Below, one piece after another: positions 1 through 9,384 of a DNA stretch of 64,000 nucleotides (the first letter of the stretch is position 1; every line of letters starts with the position of its first letter). The notes under the pieces are model-generated. The model was not told where the DNA came from and did not search any database. It was given only the letters and a program-made list of their open reading frames with translations. Position numbers and translations under genes: made by a program. The stretch comes from Candidatus Dormiibacterota bacterium (GTDB taxonomy: Bacteria; Chloroflexota; Dormibacteria; Aeolococcales; Aeolococcaceae), in assembly GCA_019245575.1 (NCBI GenBank), contig JAFARE010000001.1, positions 268,015 through 332,014 of the forward strand, written 5' to 3'.

Positions 1-33
1 GGGCTGCCCAACATCTTCATGCTGCTGGGATGA
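1..33 (+). CDS. 3' end of an upstream CDS (partial, product unknown)
   Basis: In-frame ...GLPNIFMLLG then TGA (31-33) reading in from the window edge. The stop overlaps the next ATG as ATGA. Confidence 0.25.
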   Translation, partial: GLPNIFMLLG

Positions 34-578
34 GAGCGGGCGAGCCGGCCGCGGTCACAGTGGAGGTCGACGGCATCGCGTGGCCGGTGACCGGCGCGCA
101 GGTGGCGATTCTCGACGGCGACCGTGTGATGGTGCAGTTCCGCCCATGGCCTCCGGGGTGGGAGCTGCCGGGAGGCCACTGCGAGCCGGAAGAGGACCCC
201 GCGGTGACGGCCGCGCGTGAGGCCGAGGAGGAGACCGGCTACCGTGTGCGCATCGACGCGGTCGTGGGCGTGTACACGTGGGACGGTCTGCGCCGCACCG
301 GCGACGTGCTGTATCGCGGCTCCATCGCGGGCGGCGCGCCGCGGCGCAGCATCGAGGCGTGGGCCTCGCGGCTCGTCGACGCGGAGCACATGCCGCGCAC
401 GCTGTTCCCCTGGCTGCGCGAGCGCATCGCCGACGCGCTCACGAGCGCAGCCGGTGAGCCCCCCATCCATCGCGTGCAGCCGGTGACGCTCTACCACGTC
501 GCGTCGTTCGCCACGGACTGGATGCGCACGCCGGTGGACCGGATGCGCCGCCTCAGGCAGCGCGGGGGCCGGCCATGA
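30..578 (+). CDS. NUDIX hydrolase
   Basis: 182-aa ORF with Nudix box GGHCEPEEDPAVTAAREAEEETGY (GX5EX7REUXEEXGU). ATGA overlaps on both sides. Confidence 0.85.
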   Translation: MRAGEPAAVTVEVDGIAWPVTGAQVAILDGDRVMVQFRPWPPGWELPGGHCEPEEDPAVTAAREAEEETGYRVRIDAVVGVYTWDGLRRTGDVLYRGSIAGGAPRRSIEAWASRLVDAEHMPRTLFPWLRERIADALTSAAGEPPIHRVQPVTLYHVASFATDWMRTPVDRMRRLRQRGGRP

Positions 579-1564
579 GCACGGCGCTCGTGTTCGCCGG
601 CAGCGTGGCGCTGCTGGTCGTCGGCGCGGAGCTGTTCACCAACGCAGTGGAATGGGCCGGTTACCGCATGCGCCTTGGCGCGGGCGCGACCGGCAGCCTG
701 CTCGCCGCGCTGGGCACCTCCCTGCCGGAGTTCGCCGTGCCGGTGGTGGCCCTGAGCACGCACGCGCCCGCCGCTGACTCGGTTGCCATTGGCGCGGTCC
801 TGGGGGCTCCGTTCCTTCTCCTCACGCTCGGCTCGTGCATCACCGGCGTCGCCGTGCTGACGCGGCGCGGCAACCGCACCCTGGTGCTGGAACCCGCGCA
901 GCCGCGCCGCGACCTCGGCGTGTTCATCCCGGCGTTCTCCGCGGCGCTCGTCTGCATCGTGCTGCCGTTTCCCGCGCGCGTCGTCGCCGGCGCGCTGCTG
1001 CTTCTCGCGTACGCCGGCTACGTGCTCGCCACGCTGCGCGGCGGCACTCCGGTGGAGGAGATGCCCCAGCCGCTGCACATCGTCCGCTGGCGGGCCGGGC
1101 AGCCACACGCGCTGCTGATCACGCTGCAGCTCGCCGTCGCGGTGGGCATGCTGGTGGCAGGCTCCCAGCTCTTCGTCGACGCGCTGCACAGCACAGCGGA
1201 CGCGCTGCGCGCGCCGGAGCTGGTGCTTGCGCTGGTGATCGTGCCGCTCGCCACAGAGCTGCCGGAGACGCTGAACAGCGTGCTCTGGGTGCGCACGCGC
1301 GATGACATGCTCGCCTTCGGCAACGTCGCGGGCTCGGCCACCTTCCAGTCCTGCATCCTCGCATTCATCGGCCTGGTCTTCACCAGCTGGAAGCCCGGCG
1401 GCAGCGGGGTGGTGAGCGGCGTCCTGACGCTGTTGACAGCGGGGTTCCTGCTCGCCGTCCTGGCGCGAGGCAGGGCGCACGGTGGAGTGCTGTTGCTCGC
1501 GGGTTTGCCGTGGGCGGGATTCGTGGTCGCGCAGCTGGTCAGCGGCGGGCACCTCGCCTCATGA
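575..1564 (+). CDS. Ca2+/cation antiporter (CaCA, YrbG-like) membrane protein
   Basis: 329-aa polytopic ORF with two alpha-repeat motifs, GTSLPEF and ATELPET. The ATG overlaps the Nudix stop. Confidence 0.75.
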   Translation: MSTALVFAGSVALLVVGAELFTNAVEWAGYRMRLGAGATGSLLAALGTSLPEFAVPVVALSTHAPAADSVAIGAVLGAPFLLLTLGSCITGVAVLTRRGNRTLVLEPAQPRRDLGVFIPAFSAALVCIVLPFPARVVAGALLLLAYAGYVLATLRGGTPVEEMPQPLHIVRWRAGQPHALLITLQLAVAVGMLVAGSQLFVDALHSTADALRAPELVLALVIVPLATELPETLNSVLWVRTRDDMLAFGNVAGSATFQSCILAFIGLVFTSWKPGGSGVVSGVLTLLTAGFLLAVLARGRAHGGVLLLAGLPWAGFVVAQLVSGGHLAS

Positions 1565-2451
1565 CCGCAGGCCGGCAGCCATCGCACCCGGCGTGGCGCG
1601 ACACCGCGGACGTCGAGGAGTACGCCGCCGCGGTGCTGCCCTTTCTCGAGGCCGAGCCCTGCTCGCGCAACGTGCCCCGCTGGATCATCGAGCTGGCCCG
1701 GCGCGGCGTCGGCGGCTGGACCGCGCCCGCGCACTTCTGGTGGCTCGAGACGCGCCAGGGCGCTCGCGCCGGGGCGAGCTGGACGCCGCCGTACGACCTC
1801 ATCGTCACCGACGTGCCCGCAGCGTCGGTGGCTTCGCTGGTCGAATCGGTCCGCGCCGTGGCCCAGGGCAGCGGCGACCGCGTCGCCGGGGTCACCGGGC
1901 CGCGGCCTGTGTCGGAGGCGGTGGCGGCCGCCTGGCGGGAGCAGACGGGCGACACCGCCACGCTGCACATGGCGCAGCTCATGCACGAGCTGCGCGCGGT
2001 CGCCGACGTGCCGCGGCCACCCGGGATGCGGCGCCGGGCCACCGGTGACGACCTGGAGCTGCTCACGCAGTGGCTCGTGGCCTTTGCCGCCGAAGCAGGC
2101 CTTCCCTCGGGCGCGGACCCGCGCGCCACGATGCGCACGCTCATCGCCGACGGCGGCTGCCACGTGTGGACGGTGCGCGACGAGCCCGTGTCGATGACGG
2201 GGAGGCGCGAGCCCATCGGCGGCGTGGCGCGCGTCGGCCCCGTGTACACGCCGCCGGAGCACCGCGGCCGCGGCTACGCGCGCCGCCTGGTCGCGGAGGC
2301 GAGCCGCGAGGCGCTGGAGACGGGTGGCGCGCAGCGCTGCATGCTCTTCACAGATGTTGCCAATCCTGTCTCGAACGCGATCTACAGGCAGATCGGCTAT
2401 CGCCCCGTCGAGGAGCACGCGGAATACTCCTTCGAGCCTGCTCGCGCGTGA
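1561..2451 (+). CDS. GNAT family N-acetyltransferase
   Basis: C-terminal acetyl-CoA binding motif HRGRGYARRLV plus GNAT-like core. ATG 1561 overlaps the upstream stop (ATGA). The ORF-track start at 1510 is not used. Confidence 0.75.
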   Translation: MTAGRQPSHPAWRDTADVEEYAAAVLPFLEAEPCSRNVPRWIIELARRGVGGWTAPAHFWWLETRQGARAGASWTPPYDLIVTDVPAASVASLVESVRAVAQGSGDRVAGVTGPRPVSEAVAAAWREQTGDTATLHMAQLMHELRAVADVPRPPGMRRRATGDDLELLTQWLVAFAAEAGLPSGADPRATMRTLIADGGCHVWTVRDEPVSMTGRREPIGGVARVGPVYTPPEHRGRGYARRLVAEASREALETGGAQRCMLFTDVANPVSNAIYRQIGYRPVEEHAEYSFEPARA

Positions 2452-2497
2452 GGATCGACTTGCGCCCGGCGGGACCGATCAGCGAAGCTCTCGCGCC

Positions 2498-3403
2498 ATG
2501 AAACTCGACGGCAAGGTCGCTGTGGTGACGGGGAGCGGGCGGGGGATCGGGCGCGCGTACGCGCGCGCGCTGTCGGTGGCCGGGTGCGCGGTCGTGGTCA
2601 ACGACGTCGACGAGGACGTCGCGAGTGAGACCGTCGACGGCATCAACGGCGGAGGCGGCCGCGCGGTGGCCGAGGTCTGCGCGGTGGGCAGCGCCGAGGC
2701 GGCCGACCGGCTGGTGGCGCGCGCGGTGGAGTCGTTCGGCCGGCTCGACATCATGTGCACCAACGCGGGCATCCTGCGCGACCGAGTTCTCTGGAACATG
2801 ACCGATGACGACTTCGACGCCGTCATCGAGACGCACCTTCGCGGTACGTTCAGGTGCGCGCGGGCGGCGGTGCGTCGCATGCGCGAGCAGGATGAGGGCG
2901 GACGCGTGGTCGTCATCTCGTCCATCGCCGGGCAGCGGGGCAACTTCGGGCAGACGAACTACGCCGCCGCGAAGGCGGGCATCGCCGCGTTCGCGCGCAC
3001 CTGGGCGATGGAGTGCGCGCGCAACCGCATCACGGTCAACGCAATCGTGCCCAACGCGATCACGCGCATGATCTCGACCATCCCCGGCATGGCGCCGCTC
3101 GTCGAGGCGGCCGAGCGCGGCGAGCCGCTGCCCGACATGGCGCGCAAGCAGATGGGCATGGGCACCGCCGAGGACGTGGCGCCACTCCTCGTCTTCCTCT
3201 GCTCGGACGCGGCGTCTGACGTCACAGGTCAGTGCATCGGGCTCGGCGGGGACAAGCTCTCCCTGTGGGCACATCCCAGGGAGATATCGGTGGCGTACCG
3301 AGACGGCGGCTGGACCGCGGACGACATCGCGGAGGTGTTCTCAGCGTCGGTGGGACAGCAGCTGGAGACCTATGGCATCCCCTTCCTCGGCGGCCGCTCC
3401 TGA
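2498..3403 (+). CDS. SDR family NAD(P)-dependent oxidoreductase
   Basis: MKLDGKVAVVTGSGRGIG Rossmann motif and NYAAAKAG (YxxxK) catalytic motif. The internal ATG at 2498 is chosen within ORF 2324-3403. Confidence 0.85.
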   Translation: MKLDGKVAVVTGSGRGIGRAYARALSVAGCAVVVNDVDEDVASETVDGINGGGGRAVAEVCAVGSAEAADRLVARAVESFGRLDIMCTNAGILRDRVLWNMTDDDFDAVIETHLRGTFRCARAAVRRMREQDEGGRVVVISSIAGQRGNFGQTNYAAAKAGIAAFARTWAMECARNRITVNAIVPNAITRMISTIPGMAPLVEAAERGEPLPDMARKQMGMGTAEDVAPLLVFLCSDAASDVTGQCIGLGGDKLSLWAHPREISVAYRDGGWTADDIAEVFSASVGQQLETYGIPFLGGRS

Positions 3404-4292
3404 GCGCGCGCAGACGCTGACAGGGCCGCTGATCGGCGGCCACGTGTCGACACGAGGCGGCATCCACCGCGCCGTGGACAACGCCGTGGCGATCGGCGCA
3501 GAGGTGTACCAGACCCATCCCACGCCGGGCCAGACGTGGCGCCCGCTGCTCGTCGACGAGATCGTGCTGCAGCAGTACCGCGACAAGGTCGCGGACGCCG
3601 GCCTGGAAGGACGCCATTACCTGCACGCGCCGTACCTGATCAACCTCGCGAGCCCGAAAGCTGCGCTGCTGAAACAGTCGGTTGCGTCTCTGGTGCACTA
3701 CATGGAGCTGGCCCGTGAGCTGGATGCCGCCGCGGTCGTGTTCCATCCCGGTTCGCATCTCGGCGTGGGCTTCGACGCGATGCTGCCCCAGATCGGCGCG
3801 GCGCTGCGCGAGGTGGTCGAGCGCGGCGGCTCGGATGCGCTGCTGCTGGTGGAGAACAGCGCGGGCTCGGGCGGGTGCATCGGCTGCAACCTCGAGGAGA
3901 TCGCGCGCATGGTCGACGCCTCCGGGTCGTCCCAGGTCGGCGTGTGCTTCGACACGCAGCACGCGTTCGCCAGCGGCTACGAGCTGCGCACCGACGAAGG
4001 AATCCAGCGCACCCTCGACGAGCTGCAGCGGCTCATCGGCTTCGAACCGCTGGCGCTGGTGCACGCCAACGACTCGCGCCGCGGGCTGGGCAGCATGGTG
4101 GACCGGCACGCCAACATCGGCGAGGGCGAGATCGGCGTGGAGGCGTTCACCCTGCTGCTGCGTGACGCGCGCATGCGCCGTGTGCCATGGCTGCTCGAGG
4201 TCCCCGGCGACGGCGTCTCCGGCCCCGACCTGCAGAACATCAACCGGCTGCGCACGTGCGCGGGGCGGGAGACCCTGGCCGCGCCGCGCTAA
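3372..4292 (+). CDS. nfo: Deoxyribonuclease IV (endonuclease IV, AP endonuclease family 2)
   Basis: Motifs HAPYLINLAS, FHPGSH, VENSAG, CFDTQHAF, VHANDS and DRHANIGEG. This is the only canonical start upstream of the conserved GGHVS, giving a 32-nt overlap with the SDR gene. Confidence 0.85.
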   Translation: MASPSSAAAPERAQTLTGPLIGGHVSTRGGIHRAVDNAVAIGAEVYQTHPTPGQTWRPLLVDEIVLQQYRDKVADAGLEGRHYLHAPYLINLASPKAALLKQSVASLVHYMELARELDAAAVVFHPGSHLGVGFDAMLPQIGAALREVVERGGSDALLLVENSAGSGGCIGCNLEEIARMVDASGSSQVGVCFDTQHAFASGYELRTDEGIQRTLDELQRLIGFEPLALVHANDSRRGLGSMVDRHANIGEGEIGVEAFTLLLRDARMRRVPWLLEVPGDGVSGPDLQNINRLRTCAGRETLAAPR

Positions 4293-4301
4293 TCCGGCGC
4301 G
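4280..4301. terminator. Hairpin spanning two convergent, overlapping stop codons (possible bidirectional terminator)
   Basis: CGCGCCG (4280-4286) pairs with CGGCGCG (4295-4301) around an 8-nt loop. The loop holds the TAA of nfo and the TAG of the minus-strand gene. No U-tract. Confidence 0.3.
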
Positions 4302-5047
4302 CGGATCGCGTGCGCGGGAGGCCGTGACGCCATCACCCAGTGGCCGAGTGCCGTGATCGCCACGAGGCCGAGCGCCACCAGCGCGAGGAAGAACGCGATG
4401 CCGGACCGCTGCGTGAAGTACCCGGCCAGGCTGAACGGCGCGCCGCTCCCCGCGGCGAGCGCGTCGATGCGCGTCAGCACCGCGCCCTGCACGCGCGACT
4501 GGTCGATCGTCAGCGCGACCAGCGCGGCGACCGCGAGCAGCGCCGCGGCGGGCAGCACCGGGCGCGCGCGCCGCGGCCACACCAGCAGCGCAACGCCGAT
4601 GAGAAGCCCGAGACAGCACGCGACGAACGCGAGCAGCGCCAGGGCTTGCACGCCGAGGGCCGCCTGCGCCGGGCGGGGCGGCGAGGCCGACGGCGTGAGC
4701 CCCTGCTGGCTGTTGCGGCATGCGGTTGGAATCGTGGTCAGCGCCTCGGGAGCCGAGCCGAACGCCAGGTCGATGCCGGTGTAGCTGAACAGGCTGACGC
4801 TGTTCAGCGCGTCCAGGCACGAGTCCACCGCGGCGGTGCCGGTTGGACTCCCGGTGATCCCGGCTGCGGTGTGCAGGGTCTGCTTGGCCGCGTCCGTGTT
4901 GCACGACACCGCGTTGAACGTGAAGAAGAAGCACAGGATCGCCACGGCAAATCCCACGGGCGTCACACCACGCGCCGCGGTCTCGCTGCGGCGCAGGTGG
5001 TGCGGCGATGGTTCGGCCGGCGCCGGAGCCTCGGTCACGTCACTCAT
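4289..5047 (-). CDS. Hypothetical integral membrane protein (about 4 TM)
   Basis: 252 aa, C-terminal part of the chimeric ORF 4289-6328. ATG 5047 overlaps the MFS stop (ATGA). High third-position GC. No family recognised. Confidence 0.55.
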   Translation of the reverse strand: MSDVTEAPAPAEPSPHHLRRSETAARGVTPVGFAVAILCFFFTFNAVSCNTDAAKQTLHTAAGITGSPTGTAAVDSCLDALNSVSLFSYTGIDLAFGSAPEALTTIPTACRNSQQGLTPSASPPRPAQAALGVQALALLAFVACCLGLLIGVALLVWPRRARPVLPAAALLAVAALVALTIDQSRVQGAVLTRIDALAAGSGAPFSLAGYFTQRSGIAFFLALVALGLVAITALGHWVMASRPPAHAIRAPD

Positions 5048-6405
5048 GTGAGCGCCAACCGTGGCACACCGGCGGGCTCGTCGTCGACGTCCGCGACGCG
5101 GCGTGCGCGCACGCGGCGCAGCGCGAGGGCGCCGAGCACGAAGCACGCGGCGCCCACGGTGAACATGACCCTGTAGCCACCCGTGCCGCTCGACCCGTTT
5201 GCAGTCCGGGTGTGCGCGTTGACCACGTCGATCACCGGGCCCAGGAATGTGGGCGCGGCGGCCTGCGCGCCGGCGGTGGCGAGGTTGGAGAAGCCCAGGA
5301 ACTTGCCCGCGCGGCGGCGCGGCGCGAGGTCGGTCATGAAGGCCCAGTCCACGGACACGACCATCCCGAAGCAGAGCGCCATCGGCAGCGCGAACAGCAC
5401 CACCTCGGTGACCGTGCCGGCGATGGTGAAGAGCGCGCAGGCGAGCGCGCCCAAGAGTGCGGCGCTGACCAGGATCGCGCGGCGTCCCGCGCGATCGCTC
5501 AGCCGCACCGCCGGATAGGTGACGGCGATGCCGAAGAGGATCACGACGGCGAGCATCGCCGACGTGGCCGTCTGAGCGGAGCCCAGGTCGATGCCGAACA
5601 GCGCGTAGTGGCCGTGGAACGTGTCCGCGATGTAGTACGCGGCAAAGCGCTGCACGCACGCCAGGCTGGTGAAGATGAGGAAGCGGCTGAACACCACCCA
5701 GCAGAAGTCGGGATAGCGGGCGAACTCGGCCGCGTATGCACGCAGGCGCTGCGTCACGGACGCCGCGCTGGTCACGCGCTGCTGCGCTGAAGCCGGGTCC
5801 TCCGGGATGCGCGTGACGGTGAGCAACGCGCTGGCGAAGAGGACGGCAGCGATCACGTAGCACGCGGTGCGCGCCGCCAGCGGCCCGGCGACGACGACGC
5901 CCGCCACCTGGCCGGAGAGCGTGGCGATGCCCAGCCAGCCCGACGCCGCGCCCCGCTGCGCGCCGGACACCGTGTCGGGCAGCAGCCCCTGGTACGCGCC
6001 CTGCGCGATGTTCATGAACAGCTGCAGCAGGCAGTACGCCGCGACCAGCAGGGCGAAGCTCTGCGCGCCCGCCACCAGGAGCAGGCTCGCGGCCGCGCCC
6101 AGCGCGCCGACGGCGATCAGCGGACGGCGGCGGCCCCAGCGCGTACGGAGCGTGTCGGAGAAGGCACCCGCGGCGGGTTGCACCAGGATCGCGATGAGCA
6201 GCCCGCCGGTCTCGAGCAGGCTGATGGCGGTGTTCTTGCCGGCGGCGGGGACCAGCGCTGGGTTGCCCGGGCCGGCGTGCTCCGGCACCAGGATGAAGGG
6301 CAGGGCGACGCTGAGCAGCGCGCCCCACACGAAGGAGATCCCGAACCAGAAGACGGCGAGCGTCAGCTGCCGCCCCAGGCTCACCCGGGGCGGAGCCGAC
6401 GACAT
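5044..6405 (-). CDS. MFS transporter
   Basis: ORF 5044-6459 has an MFS-like polytopic profile. ATG 6405 is preferred (GGAG about 10 nt upstream) because a start at 6459 would overlap csaA. Confidence 0.8.
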   Translation of the reverse strand: MSSAPPRVSLGRQLTLAVFWFGISFVWGALLSVALPFILVPEHAGPGNPALVPAAGKNTAISLLETGGLLIAILVQPAAGAFSDTLRTRWGRRRPLIAVGALGAAASLLLVAGAQSFALLVAAYCLLQLFMNIAQGAYQGLLPDTVSGAQRGAASGWLGIATLSGQVAGVVVAGPLAARTACYVIAAVLFASALLTVTRIPEDPASAQQRVTSAASVTQRLRAYAAEFARYPDFCWVVFSRFLIFTSLACVQRFAAYYIADTFHGHYALFGIDLGSAQTATSAMLAVVILFGIAVTYPAVRLSDRAGRRAILVSAALLGALACALFTIAGTVTEVVLFALPMALCFGMVVSVDWAFMTDLAPRRRAGKFLGFSNLATAGAQAAAPTFLGPVIDVVNAHTRTANGSSGTGGYRVMFTVGAACFVLGALALRRVRARRVADVDDEPAGVPRLALT

Positions 6406-6431
6406 GCGCCGATCACTCCACCGTGGCGCGG

Positions 6432-6794
6432 TCAGCCGATCCGGTCCCCCGGCGCGCACTCCCGGTCGGGACGCAGCAGCACGACGCGGTCGCTGCCCTC
6501 CTGGTAGGCGCCCAGGATCAGCACCTCGCTGCGCACCGGGCCGATCTGGCGCGGCGGGAAGTTCACGACGCCGACGACCAGCGTGCCGACCAGCTCGTGG
6601 GCCTCGTACAGGTCGGTCAGACGCGCCGACGAACGGCGCTTGCCGAGCGGGCCGAAGTCGACCTCCATGCGGTACGCGGGTCGCCGCGCCTCGGGAAACG
6701 CTTCACAGCTGAGGACGCGCCCCACCCGGATGTCGACGCCGAAGAACTGCTCCGCGGGAACCTCGGGGAGAACCTCGCCGGATCCGCCTGACAC
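6432..6794 (-). CDS. csaA: tRNA-binding domain protein (CsaA/EMAP-like)
   Basis: 120 aa. The sequence FGVDIRVGRVLSCEAFPEARRPAYRMEVDFG...VNFPPRQIG matches the OB-fold tRNA-binding (CsaA) family pattern. Confidence 0.75.
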   Translation of the reverse strand: MSGGSGEVLPEVPAEQFFGVDIRVGRVLSCEAFPEARRPAYRMEVDFGPLGKRRSSARLTDLYEAHELVGTLVVGVVNFPPRQIGPVRSEVLILGAYQEGSDRVVLLRPDRECAPGDRIG

Positions 6795-6800
6795 CGGCGC

Positions 6801-6806
6801 AGTGTA
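6801..6806 (-). promoter_or_regulatory. Putative -10 (TACACT) for leaderless csaA
   Basis: TACACT on the minus strand lies 6 nt upstream of GTG 6794. Confidence 0.4.
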
Positions 6807-6847
6807 TCCACGTCTCGCCGGCCCCGAGGCCCGGCGCCGGGCGCGCC

Positions 6848-6853
6848 TATACT
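6848..6853 (+). promoter_or_regulatory. Putative -10 (TATACT) for the lprG operon
   Basis: TATACT lies 12 nt upstream of GTG 6866, with no SD in between. Confidence 0.4.
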
Positions 6854-6865
6854 CGCGGCGCGTCG

Positions 6866-7579
6866 GTGAACACTCACACGATCTTGCGCACGTTCAAGCG
6901 CGTGGCGGCGCCGCTCGTCTGCACGAGCGTGCTGCTCGCCGGGTGCGGCGGCTCGACTGCGGACCCCGCAACGCTGCTGCGTCAGGCCAAGCAGGCCGTC
7001 GACGGCGCGCAGTCGGCTCATTTCACCCTGACCAGCTCGCAAGCGCAGAGCAGCAGCGGCCCGCTCATCACCGGTGGCTCCGGTGACATGAAGCGTCCGT
7101 CGTCGTTCACGGGCTCGCTCGACGTCGACTTCAACGGCCTGCAGGTGAGCATCGGCGTCGTGTCCGTCGGGGGCGTCTTCTACGCGCAGCTGCCCACCGC
7201 GACCGCGTACCAGAAGACCGATCCAGCGGCGTACGGGTTCGGCGACCCGGCGGCGCTGCTCGATCCCAACCACGGGCTCTCCAGACTGCTCACCCTCTGC
7301 CAGCAGCCGTCGGCGCAGAGTGACGACCGCAACAACGGCGAGCTGCTCCACGAGGTCACCTGCAAGATCCCGGGCAGCGCCGTCGCGTCACTGCTGACGG
7401 ACGCCAACCCCACGCAGGCGGTCGACGCGACGTTCGGCATCGCGGCGAGCAACAACGAGCTGCGCAAGGTCGTGCTCTCCGGACCGCTGTTCTCCGGCTC
7501 GGGCACAACGACGTTCACGCTGATCATCGATCGATACGGCGAGAGCGTCACGATCACACCGCCGCCGAACGCGTCGTGA
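6866..7579 (+). CDS. lprG: LppX/LprAFG family lipoprotein
   Basis: Signal peptide with lipobox LLAG-C. The following MFS gene overlaps by 4 nt, as in the mycobacterial lprG-Rv1410c pair. Confidence 0.75.
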   Translation: MNTHTILRTFKRVAAPLVCTSVLLAGCGGSTADPATLLRQAKQAVDGAQSAHFTLTSSQAQSSSGPLITGGSGDMKRPSSFTGSLDVDFNGLQVSIGVVSVGGVFYAQLPTATAYQKTDPAAYGFGDPAALLDPNHGLSRLLTLCQQPSAQSDDRNNGELLHEVTCKIPGSAVASLLTDANPTQAVDATFGIAASNNELRKVVLSGPLFSGSGTTTFTLIIDRYGESVTITPPPNAS

Positions 7580-9384
7580 GCGGCGCGCCGCCGCGCGCCG
7601 CCGCCGGGACACCGGCGCGCGACACCCTCGGCGCGCCGCGCCTCACGGTCGGCCTGGCGGCGGCGGGCGTGCTGGTGGGCGCGGCCGACACCTACGTCAT
7701 CGTGCTGGCGCTCCCCGCGATCATGGCCGACGTCGGCATCAGCCTCGACCAGCTGCAGCAGGCCACGCCCATCATCAGCGGCTTCCTCACGGGCTACGTC
7801 GTGCTCATGCCGCTGCTGGGGCGGCTGAGCGACCTGTACGGGCGCACTCGCCTGCTGGTCGTGTGCCTCGCGCTGTTCGCCGCCGGATCGCTGGTCAGCG
7901 CGTCGGCGCACGACCTGACGTCGGTGGTCGCGGGACGCGCGCTGCAGGGCCTGGGCGGCGGCGGTCTCGTGCCGGTGACGCTCGCCCTGGTGGCCGACCA
8001 GTGGCCGGCGGAGCGGCGCAGCGTGCCCCTCGGCGTCGTGGGCGGCGTGCAGGAGTTCGGCAGCGTCATCGGCCCGCTGTACGGAGCGCTGATCCTCAGC
8101 GTGAGCACGTGGCGCGCAATCTTCTGGCTGTACATCCCGATCGCGCTGCTGCTCGGGAGCGCGCTGGTGATCGCGTCGCGACGGCGCGACACCCCTCGTG
8201 CGGCGCGGAGCCGCGCCGACGTCCCAGGCGCCGTCCTCGCCGCGGGCGCCGTGATCGCCGGCGGGCTCGCGGTGGCGGCGCCGGACGTGCTCCGCAACGG
8301 AGCGGGGACCGGCACGCTCTACGCGCCGCTCGTGCTTCCCTGGCTCTCGCCGCTGCTGCTCGCGGCGGTCGTGTGCGGGCTCGGTTTCGTTGCCTGGGAG
8401 GCGCGCCCCGCGGGCGGCGGGCCCCGGATCGTCGACGTGCGGCGCGCGGCCCAGGTGGCACGCGACGCGGACTGGGTGGGCGCCGTGCTCATCGCGGCCG
8501 TACTCGGGGCGGTCATCGTGGCGTTCGCGACCAGTGACCCCGCGCAGAGCCCCATCGCTCCTGCCGCCGTCTGGCTGCTCCCCGCGGCGGCGGTGTGCGC
8601 CGGGTTGTTCGCATTGCGCCTGCGCAGCGCCCGAGCGCCGCTGCTCGATCTCGCCGCGCTGCGCGCCCCGGGATCCGCGGGAGCGCTCGCCGTCAACCTC
8701 GCCGCCGGCGCAGCGCTGATGGCTGCGCTGGTCGACATCCCCATCCTGGCTCGGACCACCGTCTTTCGCGACTCTCAGCTGGGCGCCGCCCTGGTGCTGC
8801 TCCGCCTCCTGCTCGGCGTCCCCGCAGGCGCGCTGCTCGGCGGGTGGCTGGCGCTGCGGTTGGGCAACCGCGCCGTCGCCGCCGCGGGCCTCGCGCTTTC
8901 GGCGGGGATGTTCGCGCTGATGGGGACGTGGACCACGACCACCCTGTCGGACCCGCTCGGCACCGGCTGGCTGCACCCCAGCGACCCCGTGCTCGTCCTG
9001 TGCGGCGCCGGCTTCGGCCTCGCCATCGCGCCGGTGAACGCATCCATGCTGGCTGCGGTGCGCGCCACCGCACATGGTGTCGCGTCCGCGCTGGTTGTGG
9101 TGGCGCGCATGGTCGGCATGCTCGCCGGCATCTCCGTGCTCACCGCGGTCGGGCTGCGCGCATTTCACATCGCCGCGTCACAGCTCCCGACACCCATAAC
9201 GCTGTGCCCTCACACGCCACTCTCGTGCAACGCGTACGACACGCTGGTCACCGGCGCGATCGTCACCGAGCTGCGCACGGTGTTCGACGGCGCCGGCATC
9301 TGCGCCGCCATCGCCGCGCTCGCCGCCATGCTGCTGCTGCGCGACGGGAGGGCTCGGCGCGTGCCGGCTGCCGCGCATGGCTGA
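7576..9384 (+). CDS. MFS transporter, DHA2 (EmrB/P55-like, about 14 TM)
   Basis: 602-aa polytopic ORF with MFS motif LGRLSDLYGRTR. GTGA overlap with lprG. Confidence 0.8.
   Translation: MSGAPPRAAAGTPARDTLGAPRLTVGLAAAGVLVGAADTYVIVLALPAIMADVGISLDQLQQATPIISGFLTGYVVLMPLLGRLSDLYGRTRLLVVCLALFAAGSLVSASAHDLTSVVAGRALQGLGGGGLVPVTLALVADQWPAERRSVPLGVVGGVQEFGSVIGPLYGALILSVSTWRAIFWLYIPIALLLGSALVIASRRRDTPRAARSRADVPGAVLAAGAVIAGGLAVAAPDVLRNGAGTGTLYAPLVLPWLSPLLLAAVVCGLGFVAWEARPAGGGPRIVDVRRAAQVARDADWVGAVLIAAVLGAVIVAFATSDPAQSPIAPAAVWLLPAAAVCAGLFALRLRSARAPLLDLAALRAPGSAGALAVNLAAGAALMAALVDIPILARTTVFRDSQLGAALVLLRLLLGVPAGALLGGWLALRLGNRAVAAAGLALSAGMFALMGTWTTTTLSDPLGTGWLHPSDPVLVLCGAGFGLAIAPVNASMLAAVRATAHGVASALVVVARMVGMLAGISVLTAVGLRAFHIAASQLPTPITLCPHTPLSCNAYDTLVTGAIVTELRTVFDGAGICAAIAALAAMLLLRDGRARRVPAAAHG

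Noticed and set aside
4289-6328. 679-aa ORF on the minus strand
   Set aside because: Only the last 252 codons are plausible. The upstream part overlaps the MFS gene in another frame and is Arg/Gly/Pro-rich.
7180-9168. 662-aa minus-strand ORF, and similar long ORFs at 3222-4934, 16058-17632, 49526-50767 and 50968-52329
   Set aside because: All are antisense to genes with clear family motifs. All have Arg/Gly/His/Asp-rich compositions and no recognisable domains.
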